A stretch of 64,000 bases of DNA from Nitrosopumilus sp. (GTDB lineage: Archaea > Thermoproteota > Nitrososphaeria > Nitrososphaerales > Nitrosopumilaceae). The stretch spans positions 1,911,849 to 1,975,848 of the forward strand of contig CBDBLX010000002.1 in the NCBI GenBank assembly GCA_965207445.1. Direction: 5' to 3'. Positions 1-10,400 of this stretch are shown here, piece by piece; the first letter of the stretch is position 1; each line of letters opens with the position of its first letter. The notes under the pieces are model-generated. The model was given only the letters and a program-made list of their open reading frames with translations. It was not told the DNA's origin and ran no database searches. Made by a program: the position numbers and the translations under genes.

Positions 1-484
1 GTAAAGTAGAATTATAGTGCGATTCCTAGGTTCACACGAGGCTTCCCGTAGCATGCATTGCAATGCGGAACCGCACAAGTATTATGTGCCTATATTATAA
101 AAATCTTAGGTAATACGTAACTATTTGGACCTTGAAAAAGTACATATTAATAAATAATTTCACGCCTAGGTAGTGCCTAACAATCATCCAAAAATCTTAG
201 CAAATAATTTGACAAAAAGCAAGGCATTTTTTGTCAAGAAAAGATGGGCAAAAAGATGAGTTTGCCCAAAATAAAATCATAGGCCACTAAATCACCTGAG
301 TTCTAGATATCGATGTAAGTGATGTAAATACAAGTTTGGTGATTTTACAAACGCCTACCTTGGACAACTTCGCATACCACTGGATACAGTTTTACATCTT
401 GTATATCTGTTTGTTCTTGGAGTTCCTGCATACCAAATAAGATTCTATGAAGATGTTAGTCTTCGTATCATTGAGCAAACATTC

Positions 485-1056
485 ATGTTATTCAGACAGG
501 CCATATATGACACATCTCCAAAACTCATCTTTGATGTCAAAGTAGAATTGGATGAGACAATGTTTGGAGGTCATCAAAAAGGAAAATGTGTCCGGAGAGC
601 TGCAGGAAAAACACTCGTCTTTGGTATACATTCTAGAAATGGAGAAATTTGTACATTTATCGTGCCTAATTGAAAGCAAAAAACACTCAGACCCATAATT
701 GAAAAGCATACTATGTCAGGGTCATTGTACTATACAGATGAACATACTGCATACGGCACACTTGATGAGCTCGGTACAAATCAAGTGGTGATTCATAGTA
801 AGGATAAATATGTTAGAGATGATGTACACATAAACAGTATTGAAGGTTTTTGGAGTTTTGCCAAAAAAATTTGTATGCATACCATGATGTACCAAAACCA
901 TATTTCCCATTATATCGCAAGTATATTGAGTTTAGATACAACCACAGAGACGAAAATTTGTTTGAGTTCTTGACAGATATTCTGGTTAAAGATATTTCAA
1001 AGATAGAGTCAAGTATTCAAGTCATTCCCGACCCATTACATAAAAAGATCATTTAA
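485..1056 (+). pseudogene. IS1595-family (ISXO2-like DDE) transposase, fragmented
   Basis: Three ORF pieces carry the family motifs VELDETMFGG..GK..R.AAGKTLVFG, YTDE..AY, HINSIEGFWS and Y...IEFRYNHR. They are broken by a stop at 671-673 and a frameshift near 870. Confidence 0.85.
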
Positions 1057-1113
1057 TGTGTAATTAAGTGTTCAAATTATCCAAAAAATCAGGTCCAGAT
1101 AGTTACGTATTAC

Positions 1114-2986
1114 GGTTCTCTTGCAAACGCGGTTGATCGGTGTTTATATGAACTTTTTATCTGAATTTGGTATTTGAGGTTGAAAAAGTGTACGTTTTTA
1201 GTACTTTTTTGTATGACTATGACGATAGTTTGGAATAAGGATAGTTAGAGTCAGTATCAAAAAGACAAACGAGAGTGGTTCATCTTGAAGAAATTAGATT
1301 GTACACCAAAAATGATAGTTTGATTTGGCATCAAAACACAAACAGATGTAGAGTGTTTGTGTATATGATGTGTAATGTACAGAGTCTGGCAATTCAGGCA
1401 GAGGCACGTATGGATGCGTTTTGAATGAACGTTATCCAAGCATCACAACTATCTGCAAGATCAGAGTCTTTTACTGGTATAATGTCAATTCCAATTGCCT
1501 TGGCAGGCGTCATGTTGTTTTTGAGGCTTGTGTGTTTTCTAAAAAAGTTATGATATACTATGATCAGACGTAAGAGTCCGGGGTCCTCTGATTTTAGTCC
1601 ACGTACACACTTGAGTCTATCCTCAAATTCTCCATTGAGTCGTTCGTAGACGTTATTTTGATTAAAAAGATTCTGTATGTGTATCTCACGTATGTGTACA
1701 AACACCGATCCCGCCCGCCTAAAGAATACTTTTCTGGCAGGCTTTATGAACTCCTGCAGTCCGTCACTTACAAGTATGCGTGGTAGCCTACGCGTACGGG
1801 CAGCAGCCATTTGAAACAGGTTAGTGGGATCAGATCCCTTTTTCTTCTTGAGGATCTCGTGGGATAAAACAAATCGGCTTGCGCCATCCATTACACCAAA
1901 CAAATATCTGGTCTGTTTACGTATTTTAAATTCTAGTTCGTCGACATGCCACTGAAACCATGCATCAAGACACAACAAACTTGAGAACCGTAGCATGATT
2001 CGCGAATACTCATCAGTCCACCTATGTATTGTAGATGGGTTTATGATGATCTCATCCATTGCAAGCTGCGCACATACTTCTTCTGGAGACATTTTAGTTG
2101 CCATCATGGACAACGCTTTTGCTATTACGGATGCATCAAAATGCCGCCCCTTGAACCCTTCCATTCCAGAGAATGTACGGCCACATTTTTTGCACATGTA
2201 TCGCCTCACAGATCTTTTTCTCTTACACTTGCGCTCTCCCCATCCTACCACATCTTTGGATCTGCATTTTGGATACTGACATCTCAATTTTTTGCGCCTA
2301 ATCTGTATCCTTTTTCTACGCCCACACCACCACTCTTTGTCTAAGATCTTGTATACCCCCACCACATGCTTGCATATCTTTTTTCCATTTTGATTGGCCT
2401 CACACTGACATCTCATTCCAAGTGAACTAAGCGACACCACATACAATAGACCTTGCACAGTTTGCGATGCGACTGTCCATTTAATCGAGCTCAGTGTAGT
2501 TATGGCACCTGCAATGCATGCAATCTGAATGCCTGCTTTCTTAATTGCATCAATCTGAGCCTTGGAGCGCCTCTGCTTGCCAGGCTTTGGGTTGTCATTT
2601 TCCAATGTTTTTGATCTTGATTGAGTAGTTTCGCCTACCGCCTTTTCTTCCTGAACTGTTTTTTGTTTCATTATACATATATCACCAATTGGATATATAA
2701 GCATTCGTGCGCAATCCGATGTCAGTGACGTTATAACATTGTACTGAGAACAACAAACATGACTAAATGGGCTGCCAATGCCACTGAATTCCAAGTATCC
2801 ATAACCCACAACGTGAAAAGGGGTACTAGTTACTCGTACATTCCAAAGCCGGTCCTTGCCAAACTTGGTAACCCAGAGGGTTTGAAGTTTATCATACGTG
2901 GCGACAAAATACTAGTTACGTGTCCGGATTGACTGCAACGGTTCAAATCTGTATTAATTGCCACCAACCGCGTTTGCAGGAGAACC
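1114..2986 (-). mobile_element. IS6-family element, copy 1 (apparently intact)
   Basis: 22-bp IRs GGTTCTC(T/C)TGCAAACGCGGTTG at 1114-1135 and 2965-2986. 8-bp TSD CGTATTAC at 1106-1113 and 2987-2994. Confidence 0.9.
1394..2671 (-). CDS. IS6-family DDE transposase with N-terminal SWIM finger and zinc ribbon
   Basis: SWIM CQC..CKH, zinc ribbon CQYPKC..CKKC, and DDE motifs WHVDE, SDG and NNVYERLNG. Start placed at ATG 2671; the ORF is open up to GTG 2809. Confidence 0.85.
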   Translation of the reverse strand: MKQKTVQEEKAVGETTQSRSKTLENDNPKPGKQRRSKAQIDAIKKAGIQIACIAGAITTLSSIKWTVASQTVQGLLYVVSLSSLGMRCQCEANQNGKKICKHVVGVYKILDKEWWCGRRKRIQIRRKKLRCQYPKCRSKDVVGWGERKCKRKRSVRRYMCKKCGRTFSGMEGFKGRHFDASVIAKALSMMATKMSPEEVCAQLAMDEIIINPSTIHRWTDEYSRIMLRFSSLLCLDAWFQWHVDELEFKIRKQTRYLFGVMDGASRFVLSHEILKKKKGSDPTNLFQMAAARTRRLPRILVSDGLQEFIKPARKVFFRRAGSVFVHIREIHIQNLFNQNNVYERLNGEFEDRLKCVRGLKSEDPGLLRLIIVYHNFFRKHTSLKNNMTPAKAIGIDIIPVKDSDLADSCDAWITFIQNASIRASA

Positions 2987-3012
2987 CGTATTACCAAATC
3001 TTATTTAACCGG

Positions 3013-4785
3013 GTAGCGTGTTGCATAACTCGTAAATTTATACTCCTCTGGGGCCGTGGCCATGTGGTCTGAGCCGCGCAACCTACGTTACACGATTCGA
3101 AGCCACTCAAATGCTCTGTAAACTGGACAGGAAGACTGTCTGCCTCAAGCTACGATGCCAGCGGGTGTGTCAAGTCACGCCTACAACAAGCCATAAGCAG
3201 GCCGTGCTTCCAAGCCTACAAAGTGTACGCGCAAAACATGGCGTGGTAGACGCCTTGGTATTTTGTTAGTACATACACACATCTCCATATTTTTATTTAA
3301 TCTATACAATGTCCCATTATACAGCAGTGTAGATGTGCAAATAGGTTAAATACGCATGACGTGAGATCTCATCGATCACAGAAATGATGAGATCAAAACA
3401 TCAGCAATGCAATATTGTAAAGGATAAATTTAACACTACTTGTGTCCCGCGCACGCAGACCAGAGGTGAGGTTGTATCATGAACAAAAGTGCAGAGCAGG
3501 TAGACAAAACCACCAGGCAGCGAAAACCAGACAAGCGATCATCATACGAATACAGTGACAAGTATGTCAAACGTTCACACCATCTGTTTGATATGATAGC
3601 AAACCTACTTGAAAACTGTAATGATCCAGAGGAGCTAGCTGCCATGAACCGCAACAAGCAAGGGCGTCCATTCGTGTACACACGCAGCCTAATAGCAATT
3701 GTATCGCGTGTACGTGATATAATACGACTACCATACAGATCATGTGAGGGTATGTGTGAGGCGGCTATGAAGGAGGGATATCCAGATTTCACCACACTGT
3801 TTAGACGAATTAATACACAAAATGTATCTATAAAGGACAGCCTCTCAAAGACTACTTGTGAGAACTTTTCAATCAATATGATACCTGATGGTACTGGGCT
3901 GACACCTTTTACACGCAGTGAGTACATCCGTATCGTACACAAGGTGCGACGCGGATTTATCCGACTAGTCATAATGATTAATAGAGACACCCAAGAGATT
4001 CTGTCATTTAGCATCACAGACAGTTCAACAGGTGAGCAGCCCGTATTCAAGGGACTTTTAGAAGACGCCCTCAGAAATATGGATATTGAACCTGGCGCGC
4101 GACGCAGACAGGTCAAAGAGCAAAAAAATCACAAGAGCAAGACATATCCTAAAATTACTATGACTGCTGATGGTGGTTTTGATACAAGAAAGATATTCTC
4201 AATGTGTAGAGAATTAGACATTACGCCAAACATTAGAGTTCAGACAAACTCAAATACCAAAGCTCGTGGCGTTGACCGCGCTAGATCCAATGTGGTACTC
4301 GAGCAGCTCGGGGGCCCAGATGCAACACCAATGAAATTTGCATCACTTCCAGAATCCGAACGTGAGGCAAACCGCAAAGAGTGGAAAAAACAAGTAGATT
4401 ATGGACTACGGTTAGCTTGTTGAGATTGTGATATCTGCATTCAAGAGAACATACGGTGGTGCGGTCATGGCAAGAAAGATGGAGAATATCTGCCAAGAGA
4501 TCAAATTAAAGATCCGCACCTATAATACAATGCTGCGAATTGGCCAAAAGGAGGCGACATCATAATTCTAACACCATAAACATAAACAACTATTTGTGCA
4601 CATAATTACGCACTAGATGCAAATAGAGTCCTAGTGCCGGATCAACATGCTTGGTTTTTGAAGATGTAAGGCTTCAAATCCGGTCATTGTGGCTTGCGCT
4701 CTTACACGTGTCACTGCAAGCCTGCTGAATCATATTGTAACGGTGTCATCCTATAGGATGCGCATTGAGTTATGCAACACGCTAC
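3013..4785 (+). mobile_element. IS5-family (IS903-like) element
   Basis: Perfect 19-bp IRs GTAGCGTGTTGCATAACTC at 3013-3031 and 4767-4785 enclose the transposase. Confidence 0.85.
3479..4565 (+). pseudogene. IS5/IS903-like transposase, frameshifted near the C-terminus
   Basis: Motifs GRPFVY, LPYR..EG, PDFTTL.RR, PDGTGL, ADGGFD and WK...YG.R. After ~4412 the homology continues in another frame (LVEIVISAFKRTYGG..ARK) to TAA 4563-4565, cutting off the catalytic Glu. Confidence 0.85.
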
Positions 4786-4890
4786 ATTGACCTTGCGATC
4801 TGATCTAGAGTACCAGTACACGTAGTGTGTGGGCAGATAATCAAGTCAAAGCCGCATCTGTGCTACTCTGGGTGGGAGGGTGATTGGAGG

Positions 4891-4905
4891 GGGTTGAACG
4901 GTTAC
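4891..4905. mobile_element. Orphan IS66-type terminal repeat
   Basis: GGGTTGAACGGTTAC (reverse complement begins GTAA). Identical copy at 7156-7170; similar to the IS66 remnant end at 62194-62210. Confidence 0.5.
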
Positions 4906-4951
4906 TATACTGAGCACAAAGTGATTAATATGCTTCATTTTTTTACTCACC

Positions 4952-5653
4952 TTGTTGTACAAGAAGGTGCTGCCATCAGCCGTATTGGCATTCTTGATAC
5001 TTGTGCTTGGCGTGTCACTTGCTCTCATGGAACACACGCTGGAAGCCCAGACTGCCTTTGCCCAGAACCGGACGAATTCTACGGAGATCTGTCCGTACGC
5101 ACATGTCATGATGGACGGTTCCTGCAAGCTGGATGAAGTAAGAAAGTACAAGATTGCCACCATTTTGTTGAATATGTACGACGAGTATGAAACATCCTTA
5201 AGATATGAGGCGTCTAAGGATGGAACTTCTGGCGCTACGGGTTCAAGCGCATCCACAGGCGAATCCGGCGAGCAGTTGGTGTCAATTGTAGTTGCCTTTG
5301 AGGACTATGACTGTAATCTGCCCGAGGACCTTGGCATTGTGGACAAAGGCCCTTGCTCCACGCACTATGAAAGGGCTAAGATAGGGGTGCTCATCCCTGT
5401 ATCTAGACTGTACGACGTAGCCTCCCTTGATCACGTGACCGGAATTTACCCCGAGGCCGATACCGTACAATTGTTTGAATCGCCTGTAGATGCTTACCAC
5501 GACCCCCCCGTAAACGATCTTGGCGTTGAAGGGCAGCCACGCACGTTAGCGTATGAAGACGGTCCCATTCACATTATTCTAGTAGGCGTTGTTGCAGTAG
5601 CGGTGGCAACTGTGATACTGAGCATCAAAAAAAGAGGTCGAATTGAAGCTTAG
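4952..5653 (+). CDS. Secreted, C-terminally membrane-anchored hypothetical protein, possibly with a subtilase-propeptide-like domain
   Basis: N-terminal hydrophobic signal. C-terminal TM helix IILVGVVAVAVATVILSI followed by a basic tail KKRGR. Internal motif VLIPVSRLYDVASLDHVTGI. Confidence 0.7.
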   Translation: MLYKKVLPSAVLAFLILVLGVSLALMEHTLEAQTAFAQNRTNSTEICPYAHVMMDGSCKLDEVRKYKIATILLNMYDEYETSLRYEASKDGTSGATGSSASTGESGEQLVSIVVAFEDYDCNLPEDLGIVDKGPCSTHYERAKIGVLIPVSRLYDVASLDHVTGIYPEADTVQLFESPVDAYHDPPVNDLGVEGQPRTLAYEDGPIHIILVGVVAVAVATVILSIKKRGRIEA

Positions 5654-5894
5654 GACTTTATTTGCAACAATGGCCATGGTTTCGACACTGGTGGCTGCTG
5701 GCAGCTATGCGTACGCGGATCATATAATGAGTCAAGTGGAAGAGACAAAGAATCACAGGCTACACTGTCACATGCGTCTGACCAAAAACAGAAAGCGGTT
5801 TGGTAAAATACTATCAATTGCATGGAATATCAACGTCCTGAACAGATTTATCTGCGCTCATGAAAAAGGACAAAAGATTCCACCATACAAATGA
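5643..5894 (+). pseudogene. Chimeric remnant: signal peptide of a secreted protein fused to a probable transposase C-terminal fragment
   Basis: MKLRTLFATMAMVSTLVAAGSYAYA-DH overlaps the upstream stop codon. Near 5723 the DNA becomes abruptly AT-rich and encodes a basic, transposase-like tail (RKRFGKILSIAWNINVLNRF). Confidence 0.45.
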
Positions 5895-5982
5895 TAGTGA
5901 CTGCCATCACACTTGCACATTTTATGGTCTATAATCTATGTCTGCCAAAACAACACACATGTATATTCAAAAACGAAACGCA

Positions 5983-6092
5983 TAATAGTTTCATTAAAGA
6001 TCCGATAGTTTTCTAATATTTTGTATTCATAATATGTGCTTAACTTCGAGATGAATATCAATCAAAATATCGGATCTTTAATCATATCAGTA
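5983..6092 (-). mobile_element. 110-bp MITE, copy 1
   Basis: Imperfect 25-bp TIRs with core ATTAAAGATCCGATA; 4-bp TSD CGCA (5979-5982 and 6093-6096). Inverted relative to copies 2 and 3. Confidence 0.9.
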
Positions 6093-6386
6093 CGCACTAT
6101 AGATAGATTTCAGTCTTCTTCAGATTGAATGTGCAATAAACCGAGTAAGTTCACAGAAGGGTCACAGGCAGGCTAATGTCAATTACGCACCAACCTCCAA
6201 CACATTAACACTCAAAATAGACAAGTCAGTGTATGTTGCATATGTTTGTATTATTTAGTGCATCACAAGTTTGTCACACTGTACTTTAAGTTGCGTCTAT
6301 CAAACTCACACCACATATTCATATGAATTGTCAATTAGCTTGAAAAAGAGTAAGAATGACGTGGTGCATAAATGTGAGATAATTAA

Positions 6387-6995
6387 TTGTATAATATGAA
6401 ATCTAAACATCCAACATCAGCAGAATCATCAGCATCGCACCACCTGCTTCCATTCTCTTCCATACCATCACCACCTACAGAGAAACCAGGTACAAAATAT
6501 ACACATACCACACCATCTCTATCTGCTTACCTTCAAGGATTGAGAAGAGATCGTGTTGAAGATCACATCGTGTGGATGTATCCTGAGGGTGTGGACTTGC
6601 AGTCTGCGCTCAAGAATCTGCACGCAGGCAAATGTTGGTGTGGTCGAGACCCTGTCACTACACGTAATTGGACTGACAACGGTTGGGCGTGTTCACAAGA
6701 GCATCAGCGTATATGGTGGAAACAGTTTGAGTTCTGGCACGATGTACGTTTGCGTGTGCTAGATAGAGATGGGTGGACGTGCTGTATGTGCAGTGTGGCT
6801 TTAAGCAAGCAAGCCCAAGTTGACCATATCAAATCAATAACGGATGGTGGAGATATGTGGGATCAAAATAACATGCAGTCGCTGTGTGTACAATGCCATG
6901 AGGCAAAGACACTAGCAGACCACAAGCGACGCGCATCCATCGAGCGTCAAAGACGCGCAGAGGAGATGTGTAAACTTGACCAGTATGACACATAG
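6387..6995 (+). CDS. HNH endonuclease
   Basis: VLDRDGWTCCMC...VDHIKSITDGG...NNMQSLCVQCHEAKT is the zinc-binding HNH signature. An extra CWCG..CS motif lies upstream. The start may be ATG 6396. Confidence 0.85.
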   Translation: MYNMKSKHPTSAESSASHHLLPFSSIPSPPTEKPGTKYTHTTPSLSAYLQGLRRDRVEDHIVWMYPEGVDLQSALKNLHAGKCWCGRDPVTTRNWTDNGWACSQEHQRIWWKQFEFWHDVRLRVLDRDGWTCCMCSVALSKQAQVDHIKSITDGGDMWDQNNMQSLCVQCHEAKTLADHKRRASIERQRRAEEMCKLDQYDT

Positions 6996-7155
6996 TGTTG
7001 CAAAAAAAAGATAGTAGAAACTGCATTTTCTTCAATCAAAGAGTGATTCACAAGTGCACGCGCAAAAGATTGAGTCATATTACATGTAGAAACTGTTTAA
7101 TCCATGGTGCCTGCGCTAGACGTTAGTCGGTGAATCTGTGCTTAAATTTGAGAAT

Positions 7156-7170
7156 GGGTTGAACGGTTAC
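7156..7170. mobile_element. Orphan IS66-type terminal repeat
   Basis: Identical to 4891-4905 and in the same orientation. Confidence 0.5.
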
Positions 7171-7461
7171 TTGTAAGTATATATATAAATATATATATAA
7201 GTATATGCGCAAGTACATGTACAGTCACCTATGCAAGTATCTAACAACTGCGCTTAAGACACACAAAGTTGATTTGTATCACCAGTAGATTGCGCACAAT
7301 TGCATTACACAAAACCATTCACATCAAAAATAGTATTTGTGTAAACTATATTCATCATACTTGCAAATATATATAAATAATCATATTTTGAATAGATTAT
7401 ATAATTATTAACCAAATATCACACATAATTATCACTTTTTGCATTTGCAGACTTGGCAAAA

Positions 7462-10400
7462 CTAACGGCACACTCGCGCACCAGGCACAACCTCACTGCG
7501 TACATCAGATGTATAATATCCTGTTCCAAATATCAATCCATCATATAGTATCAACCATGTCCGCTTTGACTCTATCTGATCTGTTACAGGTGATGTGTGA
7601 TTGTAATCTACCCACACCCCAGACCCAAGGCGCAATCTATCCAACAGTTCTTGTTTTGATAACACAGTAGTGATAGCACTCCAATCAGTAATCTCATTTA
7701 CATCGGCAAGTGTTACACCTTGTGCCAGCGTCTCATCTGAAATAGAGTTTACAATAAAAGAGTACCTCTTGTTTGCACTATCCAAAATCATACTTGCAGA
7801 TGAAATAGCAGCCTCTCTTCCCTCACGACCATACTCTAGTACTAAATTATGTGTGGCCGATTGTGCCTCTGCCTCTAAGATGTAATAACCAGAACCAAAT
7901 ATCAATTCGTCATTATGAATCTGTAAAAATGACCGCTTTAACTGCTCTACACCAGTGGCCGGATTGTGAAAGATATACGAGACCCACAAAGACCCCTTTT
8001 GATTTAACTCCAATATAACATCAGCCGGTGACCTATATGAGGTGTCAAGTATGGTCTCAGGCTGTCCTACCCTTGCAGGTACGACACCATCTGCCACTCT
8101 AGTCCAACTACTAGCATTGATGACAAACGGATACAATGCATCAGTTGTGAGTTGTTGGTCTGGTGTAATGATATCACGCCACGTGCCAGGATTTGATTCA
8201 TAAACCTCGATTGCTTCTCGGACCTCAAATATTACATCTGTTTCTAGTATGTCAGTTGAATAGTATCCTGCGCCAAATATCAGATCGTCGTGTAATACTA
8301 GCCACGAGTGTTTTAACTCCAAGTTGCCAGTTGCAGGTGATATATGCTCATAACTTGTCCACAGTCCACTTCCCAGACTCAGTTTATCTATTAGGATCTC
8401 TGATTCAGCATGCGTGTCTGTTATCGAATCCCAGTCATATGTATAGTTTAGAAAATAAGAGTTTACACCCTGAGCCAGTGTCTGTCCAGTAATGGTGTCA
8501 ACTATAAAAGTATATTTTGTATTTGGTGCATTATAATCAAATGTGTTGACAGAATTGATTGCATATCTCTTACCATCGCGCTCGTACTCTAGCACCACAT
8601 TGTGTGCCATTGACTGCACCATTGAATCAAGTACATAATAGCCAGAACCAAACACCAGACCATCATGCAGGCGCAAAAATGACCGCTTTAGCTGCTCTAC
8701 ACCAGTGGCCGGATTGTGAAATATGTACGAGACCCACACTGAGCCTTTTTGCTCCAACTCTTCCAAGACATCATCAACTGTTCTCTTTGATGTATCCAAT
8801 ATGGTCTCAGGCTGTCCTACCCTGGCAGGTACGACACCATCTGCCACTCTAGTCCAACTACTAGCATTAATGACAAACGGATACAGTGCATCAGTCATAA
8901 TTGACTCATCAGGTGTGATGATATCAACCCACGATGAGGTACCGTTTTCTTTATTATTCTCATAAATCTCAATTGTGTTTTGCACTATAAACATCGAATC
9001 AGTTGCAGGTATGTCATGTGAATAGTATCCAGTACCTAGTATGGTCTCATCATGTAGCACTAACCACGAGTGTTTTAACTCTAATTCACCTGTAATCGGT
9101 GACACATGTTTGTAACTTACCCATGTTCCTGTTCCACGACTCAGTATATTTAATAGATCTTGTTTTTCATATTCCATTATTATAGAGTTCCAATCGTATT
9201 TTGCATTATTGATGCCTGTCATAAAATCAACACCTTGCGCCAATGTAGTGTCAGTTGCAGGGTCAGCTGCAAACGAATACGTAGAGATTGGCATCTGCAA
9301 CGTTTGGTTTATCGATGATAATGCAGAGTCTCGGCCATCTCTGTCATATTCAATTATAATGCTGTGTGTATCTGACTGTATCTGCGAGTCAAGTATGTAA
9401 TAGCCAGAACCAAACACAAGTCCGTCGCGTAGTACAAGATATGTGCGTTTTAACTGCTCAACACCAGTGGCCGGATTGTGAAATATGTACGTCACCCACA
9501 CTGAGTCTTTTTGCTCCAACTCTTCCAAGACATCCTCAACTGATCTTGATGAGGTGTCAAGTATGGTCTCAGGCTGTCCTACCCTGGCAGGTACGACACC
9601 ATCTGCCACTCTAGTCCAACTACTAGCATTAATGACAAACGGATAATATGCATCACTAGTGATTGGTTTATCAGGTGTAATGATGTCAATCCAAGCATCA
9701 TCTTCAATATTATCATAATAGATGTTTATTGCATTGTACACAGCATATCGCGTGTCATATGCTGCTATATCCGATGCATAGTATCCCGTACCAAATATAA
9801 TGCCATTGTGTAAGGTAAGCCATGCACGTTTGACTTCATATTCGCCTGTAATGGGATTCTTGTGCATGTAATTTATCCACATTCCAAGATCATCTCTTAA
9901 TGTCTCATGTATTACATCAGGTGACACTACATCTGTAATTGCATCCCAATCATATACGTGATCTATCAGTGCAGGGTCGACTCGTTGCGCCAAGGTCATG
10001 TTTGTTTGTGCATCAACTGCAAACACATATGTGGTGTATGGACGACTAGGCACACCGTCTAAAAAGTCAATTACAGAATCTCGTCCAAAGTAGTCTAACC
10101 ATATGACATAAGCATGTGACACGGCCTGTACATGAGTGTCAAATATGTAAAAACCAGATCCAAAGACAAGTCCATCTTTGAGTTGCAGATATGTGCGTTT
10201 TAACTGCTCTACTCCCGTAGCAGGGTTTTGAAACTTGTACGAGACCCACACACCGCCGGTCTCTCTGAGATCATCTAGCACCTCATCGACTGTTCTGCTT
10301 GATGTATCTAAGATTCTCTCAGGCTGTCCTACGCGGGCAGGTATCACGCCATCAGCTAGTCGAGTCCAACTATCAGCATCAATAACAAACGGATACAGAT

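Larger units (their letters stand above)
109..2995 (+). mobile_element. IS1595-family element (decayed), interrupted near its right end by an IS6 element
   Basis: Left IR GGTAATACGTAACTATTTGGACCT (109-132). Right IR AGGTCCAGATAGTTACGTATTAC (1091-1113), with its final C displaced to 2995. 8-bp target duplication AAATCTTA at 101-108 and 2996-3003. Confidence 0.85.

Noticed and set aside
6387..6995. Prophage/provirus
   Set aside because: No terminase, capsid, portal or integrase genes nearby.
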